DNA of 64,000 bases. It comes from Eledone cirrhosa (Eukaryota). The notes beneath the pieces were generated by a model. The model saw only the letters and a list, made by a program, of their open reading frames with translations. It had not been told where the DNA came from and searched no databases. This document shows, piece by piece, positions 15,401-33,400 of the stretch; position 1 is the first letter of the stretch, and each line of letters opens with the position of its first letter. The position numbers were made by a program, and so were the translations under genes. The DNA lies in NCBI GenBank assembly GCA_964016885.1, contig OZ024740.1:439518001-439582000 (forward strand), in the 5' to 3' direction.

Positions 15401-18400
15401 ACAACAGATGATATAGACAACATATAATATAGACAATAGATTATATAGACTACAGATGATATAGACAACAGTTGATATATACAAAAGCTGATATAGACAA
15501 CAGATGATATAGACAACAGATGATATAGACAACAGATGATGTAGACAACAGATGATATAGACAACACCTGATATAGACAACACAGGATATAGATAATACA
15601 TGATATAGACAACAGATGATATAGACAACAGATGATATAGACAACACATGATATAGATAATAGATGATATAGACATCAGATGATATAGACAACAGATGAA
15701 TAGACAAAAAATGATATAGACAACAGATGAAATAGACAACAGATGATATAGACATCACTTGATATAGACAATACCTGATATAGACAACAGATGATATAGA
15801 CTACATATGATATAGACAACAGAATATAGACAACAGATGATATAGACAACAGATGATATAGTCAATAGATGATATAGACTACAGATGATATAACAACAGA
15901 TGATAAAGACTACATATGGTATAGACAAAATATGATATAGACAACAGATGATATAGATAACACGTGATATAGACAACACATGATATAGACAACACATGAT
16001 ATAGATAATAGATGATATAGACATCAGATGATATAGACAACAGATGAATAGACAACAAATGATATAGACAACAGATGATATAGACAACAGATGATATAGA
16101 CATCACCTGATATAGACAATACCTGATATAGACAACATATGATATAGACTACATATGATATAGACAACAGATGATATAGACAACATATGATATAGACAAC
16201 ACATGATATAGATAATAGATGATATAGAAAACAGATGATATACACAACAGATGATATAGACAATAGATGATATAGTCTACAGATGATATAAGCAACAGAT
16301 GATATAGACAACAAATGATGTAGACAACAGATGATATAGACAACACCTGATATAAACAACACATGATATCGATAATAGATGATATAGACAACAGATAATG
16401 TAGACAACAGATGATATAGACAACAAATGAATAGACAACAAATGATATAGACAACAGATGATATAGACAACAGATGATAGAGACAACAGATGATACAGGC
16501 AACATATGATATAGACAACAGATGAAATAGACAATAGATGATATAGACTACAGATGATATAACAACAGATAATATAGACAACACATGATATATTCAATAG
16601 ATTATATAGACAACAGATGATATAGACAACAGATGATATAGACTACATATGATATAGACAACAAATGATATAGACAACACCTGATATAGACAACACATGA
16701 TATAGATAATAGATGATATAGGCAACAGATGATATACACAACAGATGATGTAGACAACAGATGATATAGACAACACCTGAAATAAACAACACAGGATATC
16801 GATAAAAGATGATATAGACAACAGATGATATAAACAACAGATGATATAGACAACAAATGAATAGACAACAATTGATATAGACAACAGATGATATAGACAA
16901 CAGATGATAGAGACTACAGATGATACAGGCAACATATGATATAGACAACAGATGAAATAGACAACAGATGAAATAGACAACACCTGATATAGACAACAGA
17001 TCATATATACAATACATGATATAGACAAACGATGATATAGACAACAGATGATATAGGCATCACCTGATATAGACAATACCTGATACAGACAACAGATGAT
17101 ATAGACAACATATGATATAGAAAACAGATGATAAAGACAACAGATGATATAGAGAAAAGATGATATAGACTACAGATGATATAACAACAGATGATATAGA
17201 CAACACATGATATAGACAATAGATTATATAGACAACATATGATATAGACAGCAAATGATATAGACAACACCTGATATAGACAAGACATGATAGAGATAAT
17301 AGATGATATAGGCAACATATGATATAGACAACAGATGATATAGACAATAGATGATATAGACTACAGATGATATAGCAAAAGTTGATATATACAACACAAA
17401 TTATAGACAATAGATTATATAGACAACAGATGATATAGACAACAGTTGATATATACAACAGATGATATAGACAACAGATGATATAGGCAACATATGATAT
17501 AGACAACAGATGATATAGACAACAGATGATATAGACTACAGATGATATAGACAATACCCGATATAGACAACAGATGATATAGACAACAGATGATATAGAC
17601 AATAGATGATATAGATTACAGATGATATAACAACAGATGATATAGACAACACATGATATAGACAATAGATGATATAGACAGCAACTCATATAAACAACAG
17701 TTGATATAGACAACAGATAATTTAGACAACAGATGATATAGACGTCACCTGATATAGACAACATATGATATAGACTACATATGATATAGACAACAGATGA
17801 TATATACAACAGATGATATAGGCAACACATGATATAGATAATAGATGATATAGGCAACAGATGATATAGACAACAGATGATATAGACTACAGATGATATA
17901 ACAACAGATGATATAGACAACACACGATATAGACAATGATTATATAGACAACAGAATATATAGACAACACTTGATATATACAACAGATGATATAGACAAC
18001 ATATGATATAGACAACATATGATATAGACTACAGATGATATAGACAACAAATGATATAGACAACACCTGATATAGACAACACATGATATAGATAATAGAT
18101 GATATAGGCAACAGATGATATAGACAACAGATGATGTAGACAACAAATGAATAGACAACAAATAATATAGACAACAGATGATATAGACAACAGATGATAG
18201 AGACAACAGATGATACAGGTAACATATGATATAGGCCACCGATGAAATAGACAACACATGATATAGAAAACACCTGATATAGACAACAGATCATATATAC
18301 AATACATGATATAGACAAAAGATGATATAGACAACATATGATATAGACATCACCTGATATAGACAATACCTGATATATACAACAGATTATATACACAACA

Positions 18401-21400
18401 CATGATATAGACAACAGATGATATAGACTACATATGGTATAGACAAAAGATGATACAGACAACGGATGATATAGATAACACATGATATAGACAACACATG
18501 ATATAGACAACACATGATATAGATAATAGATGATATAGACAACAGATGATATAGACAGCACCTGATATAGACAATACCTGATATAGACAACAGATGATAT
18601 AGTCTATATATGATATAGACAACAGATGATATAAACAACAGATGATATAGACAAAAGATGATATAGACAAAAGATGATATAGACTACAGATGATATAACA
18701 ACAGATTATATAGACAACACATGATATAGACAATAGATTACATAGACAACATATGATATAGACAAAAGTTGATATATACAACAGATGATATAGACAACAG
18801 ATGATATAGACAACAAATGATATAGACAACACCTGATATAGACAACACATGATATAGATAATAGATGATATAGGCAACAGATGATATAGACAACAGATGA
18901 TATAGACAATAGATGATATAGACTACAGATGATATAACAAAAGATGATATAGACAACACATGATATAGACGATAGATTATATAGACAACAGATGATATAG
19001 ACAAGAGTTGATATATACAACAGATGATATAGACAACAGATGATATAGGCAACAGATGATATAGACAACAGATGATGTAGACAACAGATGGTATAGACAA
19101 CACCTGATATAGACAACACAGGATATAGATAATAGATGATATAGACAAAAGATGATATAGACAACAGATGATATAGACAACAAATGAATAGACAACAAAT
19201 GATATAGACAACGGATGATATAGACAACAGATGAGAGAGACAACAGATGATACAGGCAACATATTATATAGACAACAGATGAAATAGACAACAGATGATA
19301 TAGACAAAACCTGATATAGACAACAGATCATATATACAATACATGATATAGACAAATGATAATATAGACAACAGATGATATAGACATCACCTGATATAGA
19401 CAATACCTGATATAGACAACAGATGATATAGACAACACATGATATAGACAACAGATGATATAGACTACATATGGTATAGACAAAAGATGATATAGACAAC
19501 AGATGTATAGATAACACATGATATAGACAACAGATAAATAGACAACAGATGATATAGGCATCACTTGATATAGACAATACCTGATATAAACAACAGATGA
19601 TATAAACTACATATGATATAGACAAGAGATGATATAGACAACAGATGATATAGACAACAGATGATATAGACTACATATGATATAGACAACAAATGATATA
19701 GACAACACCTGATATAGACAACACATGATATAGATAATAGATGATATAGGCAACAGATGATATAGACAACAGATGATATAGACAATAGATGATATAGACT
19801 ACAGATGATATAACAACAGATGATAGAGACAACACATACTATAGACAATAGATTATATAGACAACAGATGATATAGACAACAGTTGATATATACAACAGA
19901 TGATATATACAACAGATGATATAGACAACAGATGATATAGGCTACAGATGATATAGACAACAAATGATATAGACAACACCTGATATAGACAACACATGAT
20001 ATAGATAATAGATGATATAGGCAACAGATGATATAGACAACAGATGATGTAGACAACAGATGATATAGACAACACCTGATATAGACAACACAGGATATAG
20101 ATAATAGAATGATTAAACAACAGATGATATAGACAACAAATGAATAGGCAACAAATGATATAGACGACAGATGATATAGACAACAGATGATAGAGACAAC
20201 AGATGATACAGGCAACATATGATATAGACAACAGATGAAATAGACAACGGATGATATAGACAACACCTGATATAGACAACAGATCATATACACAATACAT
20301 GATATAGACAAAAGATGGTATAGACAACAGATGATATAGACATCACCTGATATAGACGATACCTGATATAGACAACAGATGATATAGACAACACATGATA
20401 TAGACAACAGATGATGTAGACTACATATGGTATAGACAAAAGACGATATAGACAACAGATGATAGAGATAACACATGATATAGACAACACATGATATAGA
20501 CAACACATGATATAGATAATAGATGATATAGACAACAGATGATATAGACAACAGATTAATAGACAACAAATGATATAGACAACAGATGATATAGACAACA
20601 GATGATATAGACATCACCTGATATAGACAATACCTGATATAGAAAACAGATGATATAGACTACATATGATATAGACAACAGATGATATAGACAACAGATG
20701 ATATAGACAACACATGATATAGATAATAGATGATATTGGCAACAGATGATATAGACAACAGATGATATAGACAATAGATGATATAGACTACAGATGATAT
20801 AACAACAGATGATATAGACAACACATGATATAGGCAATAGATGATATAGACAACAGTTGATGTAGACAACAGATAATTTAGACAGCAGATGATATAGACG
20901 TCACCTGATATAGACAATACCTGATATAGACAACAGATGATATAGACAACACATGATATAGACAACATATGATATAGACTACATATGAAATAGACAACAT
21001 ATGATATATACAACAGATGATATATGCAACACATGATACAGATAATAGATGATATAGGCAACAGATGATATTGACAACAGATGATATAGACAATAGATGA
21101 TATAGACTACAGATTATATAACAACGGGTGATATAGACAACACATGATATCGACAATGATTATATAGACAACAGATGATATAGACAACAGTTGATATATA
21201 CAACAGATGATATAGACAACAGATGATATAGACAACAGATGATATAGACTACAGATGATATAGACAGCAAATGATATAGACAAAACCTGATATAGACAAC
21301 ACATGATATAGATAATAGATGATATAGGCACCAGATGATATAGACAACAGATGATGTAGACTACAATTGATATAGACAACACCTGATATAGACAACACAG

Positions 21401-24400
21401 GATATAAATAAGAGATGATATAGACAACAGATGATATAGACAACAGTTGATATCGACAATAAATGAATAGACAAGAAATGATATAGACAACATATGATAT
21501 AGACAACAGATGATAGAGACAACAGATGATACAGACAACATATGATATAGACAACAGATGAAATAGACAACAGATGATATAGACAACACCTGATACGGAC
21601 AACAGATCATATATACAACACATGATATAGACAAAATATGATATAGACAACAGATGATATAAACATCACCTGATATAGACAATACCTGATATAGACAACA
21701 GATTATATAGACTGACACATGATATAGAAAACAGATGATATAGACTAAACATGGTATAGACAAAATATGATATAGACAACATATGATATAGATAACACAT
21801 GATATAGACAACACATGATATAGACAACACATGATATAGATAATAGATGATATAGACAACAGATGATTTAGACAACAGATGAATAGACAACAAATGATAT
21901 AGACAACAGATGATATAGACAACAGATGATATAGACATCACCTGATATAGACAATACCTGATATAGACAACAGATGATATAGACTACATATTATATGGAC
22001 AACAGATGATATAGGCAACAGATGATATAGTCAACAGATGATATAGACAATAGATGATATATACTACAGATGATATAACAACAGATGATATAGACAACAC
22101 ATGATATAGACAAAAGATGATATAGACAACAGATGATATAGATAACAAATTATATAGATAACACCTGATATAGACAGCACATGATATAGACAACAGTTGA
22201 TATAGGCAACAGATGATATAGACAAAACATGATATAGACAACACAGGATATAGATAAGAGATGATATAGACAACAGATGATATAGACAAAAGATGATATA
22301 GACAACAAATGAATAGACAACAAATGATATAGAGAACAGATGATATAGACAACAGATGATAGAGACAACAGTTGATACAGGCAACATATGATATAGACAA
22401 CAGATGAAATATACAACGGAAAATATAGACAACACCTGATATAGACAACAGATCATATAGACAACACAAGATATAGACAAAAGATGATATAGACAACACC
22501 TGATATAGACAATACCTGATATAGACAACAGATGATATAGACAACACATGATATAGACAACAGATGATATAGACTACATATGACATAGACAACAGATGAT
22601 ATAGACAACAGATGATATAGACAACAGATAATATAGACAACAGATGATATAAACAACACATGACATAGATAATAGATGATATAGACAACAGAATATATAG
22701 ACACCAGATTATATAGACAACAGATGAGTAGACAACAAATGATATAGACATCACCTGATATAGACAATACCTGATATAGACAACATATGATATAGACTAC
22801 ATATGATATAGACAACAGATGATATAGACAACATATGATATAGACAAGACATGATATAGATAATAGATGATATAGAAAACAGATGATATACACAACAGAT
22901 GATATAGACAATAGATGATATAGTCCACAGATGATATAGGCAACAGATGATATAGACAACAAATGATGTAGACAACAGATGATATAGACAACACCTGATA
23001 TAAACAACACATGATATCGATAATAGATGATATAGACAACAGATAATGTAGACAACAGATGATATAGACAACAAATGAATAGACAACAAATGATATAGAC
23101 AACAGATGATATAGACAACAGATGATAGAGACAACAGATGATACAGGCAACATATGATATAGACAACAGATGAAATAGACAACAGATGATATAGACAACA
23201 CCTGATATAGACAACAGAATATATATACAATACATGATATAGACAAAAGATGATATAGACAACAGATGATATAGACATCACCTGATATTGACAATACCTG
23301 ATATAGACAACAGATGATATAGACAACACATGATATAGACAACAGATGATATAGACTACATATGGTATTGACAAAAGATGATATAGACAACAGATGATAT
23401 AGATAACACATGATATAGACAACACATGATAGAGACAACACATGATATAGATAATAGATGATATAGACATCAGATGATATAGACAACAGATGAATAGACA
23501 ACAAATGATATAGACAACAGATGATATAGACTACATATGATATAGACAACAGATGATATAGACTACAGATGATATAACCAGAGATGATATAGACAACACA
23601 TGATATAGACAATAGATTATATAGACAACATATGATATAGACAAAAGTTGATATATACAACAGATGATATAGACAACAGTTGATATATACAACAGATGAT
23701 ATAACAACAGATGATATAGACAATATATAATATAGACAACAGATGATATAGACAACAGATGATATAGGCAACAGATGATATAGACAAAAGATGATATAGA
23801 CAACAAATGATATAGACAACACCTGATATAGACAACACAGGATATAGATAACAGATGATATAGACAACAGATGATATAGACAACAGGTGATATAGACAAC
23901 AGATGATAGAGACAACAGATGATATAGACTACAGATGATATAAAAACAAATGAATAGACAACAAATGATATAGACAACAGATGATATAGGCAACATCTGA
24001 TATAGACAACAGATCATATATACAATACATGATATAGACAAAAGATGATATAGACAACAGATGATATAGACATCACCTGATATAGACAATACCTGATATA
24101 GACAACAGATGATATACACAACACATGATATAGACAACAGATAATATAGACTACTTATGGTTTAGACAAAAGATGATACAGACAACAGATGATATAGATA
24201 ACACATGATATAGACAACACATGATATAGACAACACATGATATAGATAATAGATGATATAGACATCAGACGATATAGACAACAGATGAATAGACAAAAAA
24301 TGATATAGACAACAGATGAAATAGACAACAGATGATATATACATCACTTGATATAGACAATACCTGATATAGACAACAGATGATATACACTACATATGAT

Positions 24401-27400
24401 ATAGACAACAGATGATATAGACAACAGATGATATAGACAACAGATTTTATAGACAATAGATGATATAGACTACAGATGATATAACAACAGATGATATAAA
24501 CTACATATGGTATAGACGAAAGATGATATAGACAACATATGATATAGATAACACATGATATATACAACATATGATATAGACAAAACATGATATAGATAAT
24601 AGATGATATAGACATCAGATGATATAGACATCAGATGAATAGACAACAAATGATATAGACAACAGATGATATAGACAACAGATGATATAGACATCACCTG
24701 ATATAGACAATACCTGATATAGACAACAGATGATATAGACTACATATGATATAGACAACAGATGATATAGACAACAGATGATATAGACAACACATGATAT
24801 AGATAATAGATGATATAGAAAACAGATGATATAGACAACAGATGATATAGACAATAGATGATATAGACTACAGATGATATAACAACAGATAATATAGACA
24901 ACACATGATATATTCAATAGATTATATAGACAACAGATGATATAGACAACAGATGATATAGACTACATATGATATAGACAACAAATGATATAGACAACAC
25001 CTGATATAGACAACACATGATATAGATAATAGATGATATAGGCAACAGATGATATAGACAACAGATGATGTAGACAACAGATGATATAGACAACACCTGA
25101 AATAAACAACACAGGATATCGATAAAAGATGATATAACAACAGATGATATAGACAACAGATGATATAGACAACAAATGAATAGACAACAATTGATATAGA
25201 CAACAGATGAAATAGACAACAGATGAAATAGACAACACCTGATATAGACAACAGATCATATATACAATACATGATATAGACAAACGATGATATAGACAAC
25301 AGATGATATAGGCATCACCTGATATAGACAATACCTGATATAGACAACAGATGATATAGACAACATATGATATAGAAAACAGATGATAAAGACAACAGAT
25401 GATATAGACAAAAGATGATATAGACTACAGATGATATAACAACAGATGATATAGACAACACATGATATAGACAATAGATTATATAGACAACATATGATAT
25501 AGACAACAAATGATATAGACAACACCTGATATAGACAACACATGATATAGATAATAGATGATATAGGCAACAGATGATATAGACAACAGATGATATAGAC
25601 AATAGATGATATAGACTACAGATGATATAGCAAAAGTTGATATATACAACACAAAATATAGACAATAGATTATATAGACAACAGATGATATAGACAACAG
25701 TTGATATATACAACAGATGATATAGACAACAGATGATATAGGCAACATATGATATAGACAACAGATGATATAGACAACAGATGATATAGACTACAGATGA
25801 TATAGACAATACCCGATATAGACAACAGATGATATAGACAATAGATGATATAGACTACAGATGATATAACAACAGATGATATAGACAACACATGATATAG
25901 ACAATAGATGATATAGACAGCAACTCATATAAACAACAGTTGATATAGACAACAGATAATTTAGACAACAGATGATATAGACGTCACCTGATATAGACAA
26001 TACCTGATATAGACAACAGATGATATAGACAACACATGATATAGACAACATATGATATAGACTACATATGATATAGACAACAGATGATATATACAACAGA
26101 TGATATAGGCAACACATGATATAGATAATAGATGATATAGGCAACAGATGATATAGACAACAGATGATATAGACTACAGATGATATAACAACAGATGATA
26201 TAGACAACACACGATATAGACAATGATTATATAGACAACAGAATATATAGACAACACTTGATATATACAACAGATGATATAGACAACATATGATATAGAC
26301 AACAGATGATATAGACTACAGATGATATGGATAATAGATGATATAGGCAACAGATGATATAGACAACAGATGATGTAGACAACAAATAATATAGACAACA
26401 GATGATATAGACAACAGATGATAGAGACAACAGATGATACAGGCAACATATGATATAGGCCACCGATGAAATAGACAACACATGATATAGAAAACACCTG
26501 ATATAGACAACAGATCATATATACAATACATGATATAGACAAAAGATGATATAGACAACATATGATATAGACATCACCTGATATAGACAATACCTGATAT
26601 ATACAACAGATGATATAGGCAACACATGATATAGACAACAGATGATATAGACTACATATGGTATAGACAAAAGATGATACAGACAACGGATGATATAGAT
26701 AACACATGATATAGACAACACATGATATAGACAACACATGATATAGATAATAGATGATATAGACAACAGATGATATAGACAGCACCTGATATAGACAATA
26801 CCTGATATAGACAACAGATGATATAGTCTATATATGATATAGACAACAGATGATATAAACAACAGATGATATAGACAAAAGATGATATAGACAAAAGATG
26901 ATATAGACTACAGGTGATATAACAACAGATGATATAGACAACACATGATATAGACAATAGATTACATAGACAACATATGATATAGACAAAAGTTGATATA
27001 TACAACAGATGATATAGACAACAGATGATATAGACAACAAATGATATAGACAACACCTGATATAGACAACACATGATATAGATAATAGATGATATAGGCA
27101 ACAGATGATATAGACAACAGATGATATAGACAATAGATGATATAGACTACAGATGATATAACAAAAGATGATATAGACAACACATGATATAGACGATAGA
27201 CTATATAGACAACAGATGATATAGACAAGAGTTGATATATACAACAGATGATATAGACAACAGATGATATAGGCAACAGATGATATAGACAACAGATGAT
27301 GTAGACAAGAGATGGTATAGACAACACCTGATATAGACAACACATGATATAGATAATAGATGATATAGACAAAAGATGATATAGACAACAGATGATATAG

Positions 27401-30400
27401 ACAACAAATGAATAGACAACAACTGATATAGACAACAGATGATATAGACAACAGATAATAGAGACAACAGATGATACAGGCAACATATTATATAGACAAC
27501 AGATGAAATAGACAACAGATGATATAGACAACACCTGATATAGACAACAGATCATATATACAATACATGATATAGACAAATGATAATATAGACAACAGAT
27601 GATATAGACATCACCTGATATAGACAATACCTGATATAGACAACAGATGATATAGACAACACATGATATAGACAACAGATGATATAGACTACATATGGTA
27701 TAGACAAAAGATGATATAGACAACAGATGATATAGATAACACATGATATAGACAACAGATGAAATAGACAACAGATGATATAGGCATCACTTGATATAGA
27801 CAATACCTGATATAAACAACAGATGATATAAACTACATATGATATAGACAACAGATAATATAGACAACATATGATATAGACAACAGATGATATAGACAAC
27901 AGATGATATAGACAACAGATGATATAGACAACAGAATGATATAGACTACAGATGATATAGACAAAAAATGATATAGACAACACCTGATATAGACAACACA
28001 TGATATAGATAATAGATGATATAGGCAACAGATGATATAGACAACAGATGATATAGACAATAGATGATATAGACTACAGATGATATAACAACAGATGATA
28101 GAGACAACACATACTATAGACAATAGATTATATAGACAACAGATGATATAGACAACAGTTGATATATACAACAGATGATATATACAACAGATGATATAGA
28201 CAACAGATGATATAGGCTACAGATGATATAGACAACAAATGATATAGACAACACCTGATATAGACAACACATGATATAGATAATAGACGATATAGGCAAC
28301 AGATGATATAGACAACAGATGATGTAGACAACAGATGATATAGACAACACCTGATATAGACAACACAGGATATAGATAATAGAATGATTAAACAACAGAT
28401 GATATAGACAACAAATGAATAGGCAACAAATGATATAGACGACAGATGATATAGACAACAGATGATAGAGACAACAGATGATACAGGCAACATATGATAT
28501 AGACAACAGATGAAATAGACAACGGATGATATAGACAACACCTGATATAGACAACAGATCATATACACAATACATGATATAGACAAAAGATGGTATAGAC
28601 AACAGATGATATAGACATCACCTGATATAGACAATACCTGATATAGACAACAGATGATATAGACAACACATGATATAGACAACAGATGATATAGACTACA
28701 TATGGTATAGACAAAAGACGATATAGACAACAGATGATAGAGATAACACATGATATAGACAACACATGATATAGACAACACATGATATAGATAATAGATG
28801 ATATAGACAACAGATGATATAGACAACAGATTAATAGACAACAAATGATATAGACAACAGATGATATAGACAACAGATGATATAGACATCACCTGATATA
28901 GACAATACCTGATATAGAAAACAGATGATATAGACTACATATGATATAGACAACAGATGATATAGACAACAGATGATATAGGCAACACATGATATAGATA
29001 ATAGATGATATTGGCAACAGATGATATAGACAACAGATGATATAGACAATAGATGATATAGACTACAGATGATATAACAACAGATGATATAGACAACACA
29101 TGATATAGGCAATAGATGATATAGACAACAGTTGATGTAGACAACAGATAATTTAGACAGCAGATGATATAGACGTCACCTGATATAGACAATACCTGAT
29201 ATAGACAACAGATGATATAGACAACACATGATATAGACAACATATGATATAGACTACATATGAAATAGACAACAGATGATATATACAACAGATGATATAT
29301 GCAACACATGATACAGATAATAGATGATATAGGCAACAGATGATATTGACAACAGATGATATAGACAATAGATGATATAGACTACAGATGATATAACAAC
29401 GGGTGATATAGACAACACATGATATAGACAATGATTATATAGACAACAGATGATATATACAACAGATGATATAGACAACAGATGATATAGACAACAGATG
29501 ATATAGACTACAGATGCTATAGATAGCAAATGATATAGACAAAACCTGATATAGACAACACATGATATAGATAATAGATGATATAGGCAACAGATGATAT
29601 AGACAACAGATGATGTAGACAACAATTGATATAGACAACACCTGATATAGACAACACAGGATATAAATAAGAGATGATATAGACAACACATGATATAGAC
29701 AACATATGATATAGACTACATATGAAATAGACAACAGATGATATATACAACAGATGATATATGCAACACATGATACAGATAATAGATGATATAGGCAACA
29801 GATGATATTGACAACAGATGATATAGACAATAGATGATATAGACTACAGATGATATAACAACGGGTGATATAGACAACACATGATATAGACAATGATTAT
29901 ATAGACAACAGATGATATAGACAACAGTTGATATATACAACAGATGATATAGACAACAGATGATATAGACAACAGATGATATAGACTACAGATGCTATAG
30001 ATAGCAAATGATATAGACAAAACCTGATATAGACAACACATGATATAGATAATAGATGATATAGGCAACAGATGATATAGACAACAGATGATGTAGACAA
30101 CAATTGATATAGACAACACCTGATATAGACAACACAGGATATAAATAAGAGATGATATAGACAACAGATGATATAGACAACAGATGATATAGACAATAAA
30201 TGAATAGACAAGAAATGATATAGACAACATATGATATAGACAACAGATGATAGAGACAACAGATGATACAGGCAACATATGATATAGACAACAGATGAAA
30301 TAGACAACAGATGATATAGACAACACCTGATATAGACAACAGATCATATATACAATACATGATATAGACAAAATATGATATAGACAACAGATGATATAAA

Positions 30401-33400
30401 CATCACCTGATATAGACAATACCTGATATAGACAACAGATGATATAGACTGACACATGATATAGAAAACAGATGATATAGACTAAACATGGTATAGACAA
30501 AATATGATATAGACAACAGATGATATAGATAACACATGATATAGACAACACATGATATAGACAACACATGATATAGATAATAGATGATATAGACAACAGA
30601 TGATTTAGACAACAGATGAATAGACAACAAATGATATAGACAACAGATGATATAGACAACAGATGATATAGACATCACCTGATATAGACAATACCTGATA
30701 TAGACAGCAGATGATATAGACTACATATTATATAGACAACAGATGATATAGGCAACAGATGATATAGACAACAGATGATATAGACAATAGATGATATATA
30801 CTACAGATGATATAACAACAGATGATATAGACAACACATGATATAGACAAAATATGATATAGACAACAGATGATATAGATAACAAATTATATAGATAACA
30901 CCTGATATAGACAGCACATGATATAGACAATAGTTGATATAGGCAACAGATGATATAGACAAAACATGATATAGACAACACAGGATATAGATAATAGATG
31001 ATATAGACAACAGATGATATAGACAAAAGATGATATAGACAACAAATGAATAGACAACAAATGATATAGAGAACAGATGATATAGACAACAGATGATAGA
31101 GACAACAGTTGATACAGGCAACATATGATATAGACAACAGATGAAATATACAACGGAAAATATAGACAACACCTGATATAGACAACAGATCATATAGACA
31201 ACACAAGATATAGACAACAGATGATATAGACATCACCTGATATAGACAATACCTGATATAGACAACAGATGATATAGATAACACATGATATAGACAACAG
31301 ATGATATAGACTACATATGACATAGACAACAGATGATATAGACAACAGATGATATAGACAACAGATAATATAGACAACAGATGATATAAACAACACATGA
31401 CATAGATAATAGATGATATAGACAACAGAATATATAGACACCAGATTATATAGACAACAGATGAGTAGACAACAAATGATATAGACAACAGATGATAGAG
31501 ACAACAGATGATAGAGACAACAGATGATATAGGTAACATATGATATAGACAACAGATGATATAGACAACACATGATATAGACAACAGATGATATAGACAA
31601 CACATGATATAGACAACAGAGGATATAGATAGCAGATGAATGATATAGACAACAGTTGATATAGACAACAGATGATATAGGCAACATATGATATAGACAA
31701 CAGATGATATAGACAACACATGATATAGACAACAGATGATATAAACAACACATGATATAGACAACAGATGATATAGATAGCAGATGAATGATATAGACAA
31801 CAGTTGATATAGACAATACCTGATATAGACAACTGATGATATAGACAAGACATGATATAGACAACAGATGATATAGACTACATATGATATAGACAACAGA
31901 TGATATAGACAACAGATAATATAGACAACACATGATATAGATAATAGATGATATAGGCAACAGATGATATAGACAACAGATGATATAGACAATAGATTAT
32001 ATAGACTACAGATGATATAACAACAGATGATATAGACAACTCATGATATAGACAATAGATTATATAGACAACAGATGATGTAGACAACAGTTGATATAGA
32101 CAACAGATGATATAGACAACAGATGATATAGACAACAGATGATATAGACTACAGATGATATAGACAACAGATGATATAGACAGCACCTGATATAGACAAT
32201 ACCTGATATAGACAACAGATGATATAGTCTATATATGATATAGACAACAGATGATATAAACAACAGATGATATAGACAAAAGATGATATAGACAAAAGAT
32301 GATATAGACTACAGATGATATAACAACAGATGATATAGACAACACATGATATAGACAATAGATTACATAGACAACATATGATATAGACAAAAGTTGATAT
32401 ATACAACAGATGATATAGACAACAGATGATATAGACAACAAATGATATAGACAACACCTGATATAGACAACACATGATATAGATAATAGATGATATAGGC
32501 AACAGATGATATAGACAACAGATGATATAGACAATAGATGATATAGACTACAGATGATATAACAAAAGATGATATAGACAACACATGATATAGACGATAG
32601 ACTATATAGACAACAGATGATATAGACGAGAGTTGATATATACAACAGATGATATAGACAACAGATGATATAGGCAACAGATGATATAGACAACAGATGA
32701 TGTAGACAACAGATGGTATAGACAACACCTGATATAGACAACACAGGATATAGATAATAGATGATATAGACAAAAGATGATATAGACAACAGATGATATA
32801 GACAACAAATGAATAGACAACAAATGATATAGACAACAGATGATATAGACAACAGATAATAGAGACAACAGATGATACAGGCAACATATTATATAGACAA
32901 CAGATGAAATAGACAACAGATGATATAGACAACACCTGATATAGACAACAGATCATATATACAATACATGATATAGGCAAATGATAATATAGACAACAGA
33001 TGATATAGACATCACCTGATATAGACAATACCTGATATAGACAACAGATGATATAGACAACACATGATATAGACAACAGATGATATAGACTACATATGGT
33101 ATAGACAAAAGATGATATAGACAACAGATGATATAGATAACACATGATATAGACAACAGATGAAATAGACAACAGATGATATAGGCATCACTTGATATAG
33201 ACAATACCTGATATAAACAACAGATGATATAAACTACATATGATATAGACAACAGATGATATAGACAACAGATGATATAGACAACAGATGATATAGACAA
33301 CAGATGATATAGACAACAGATGATATAGACAACAGATGATATAGACTACAGATGATATAGACAACAAATGATATAGACAACACCTGATATAGACAACACA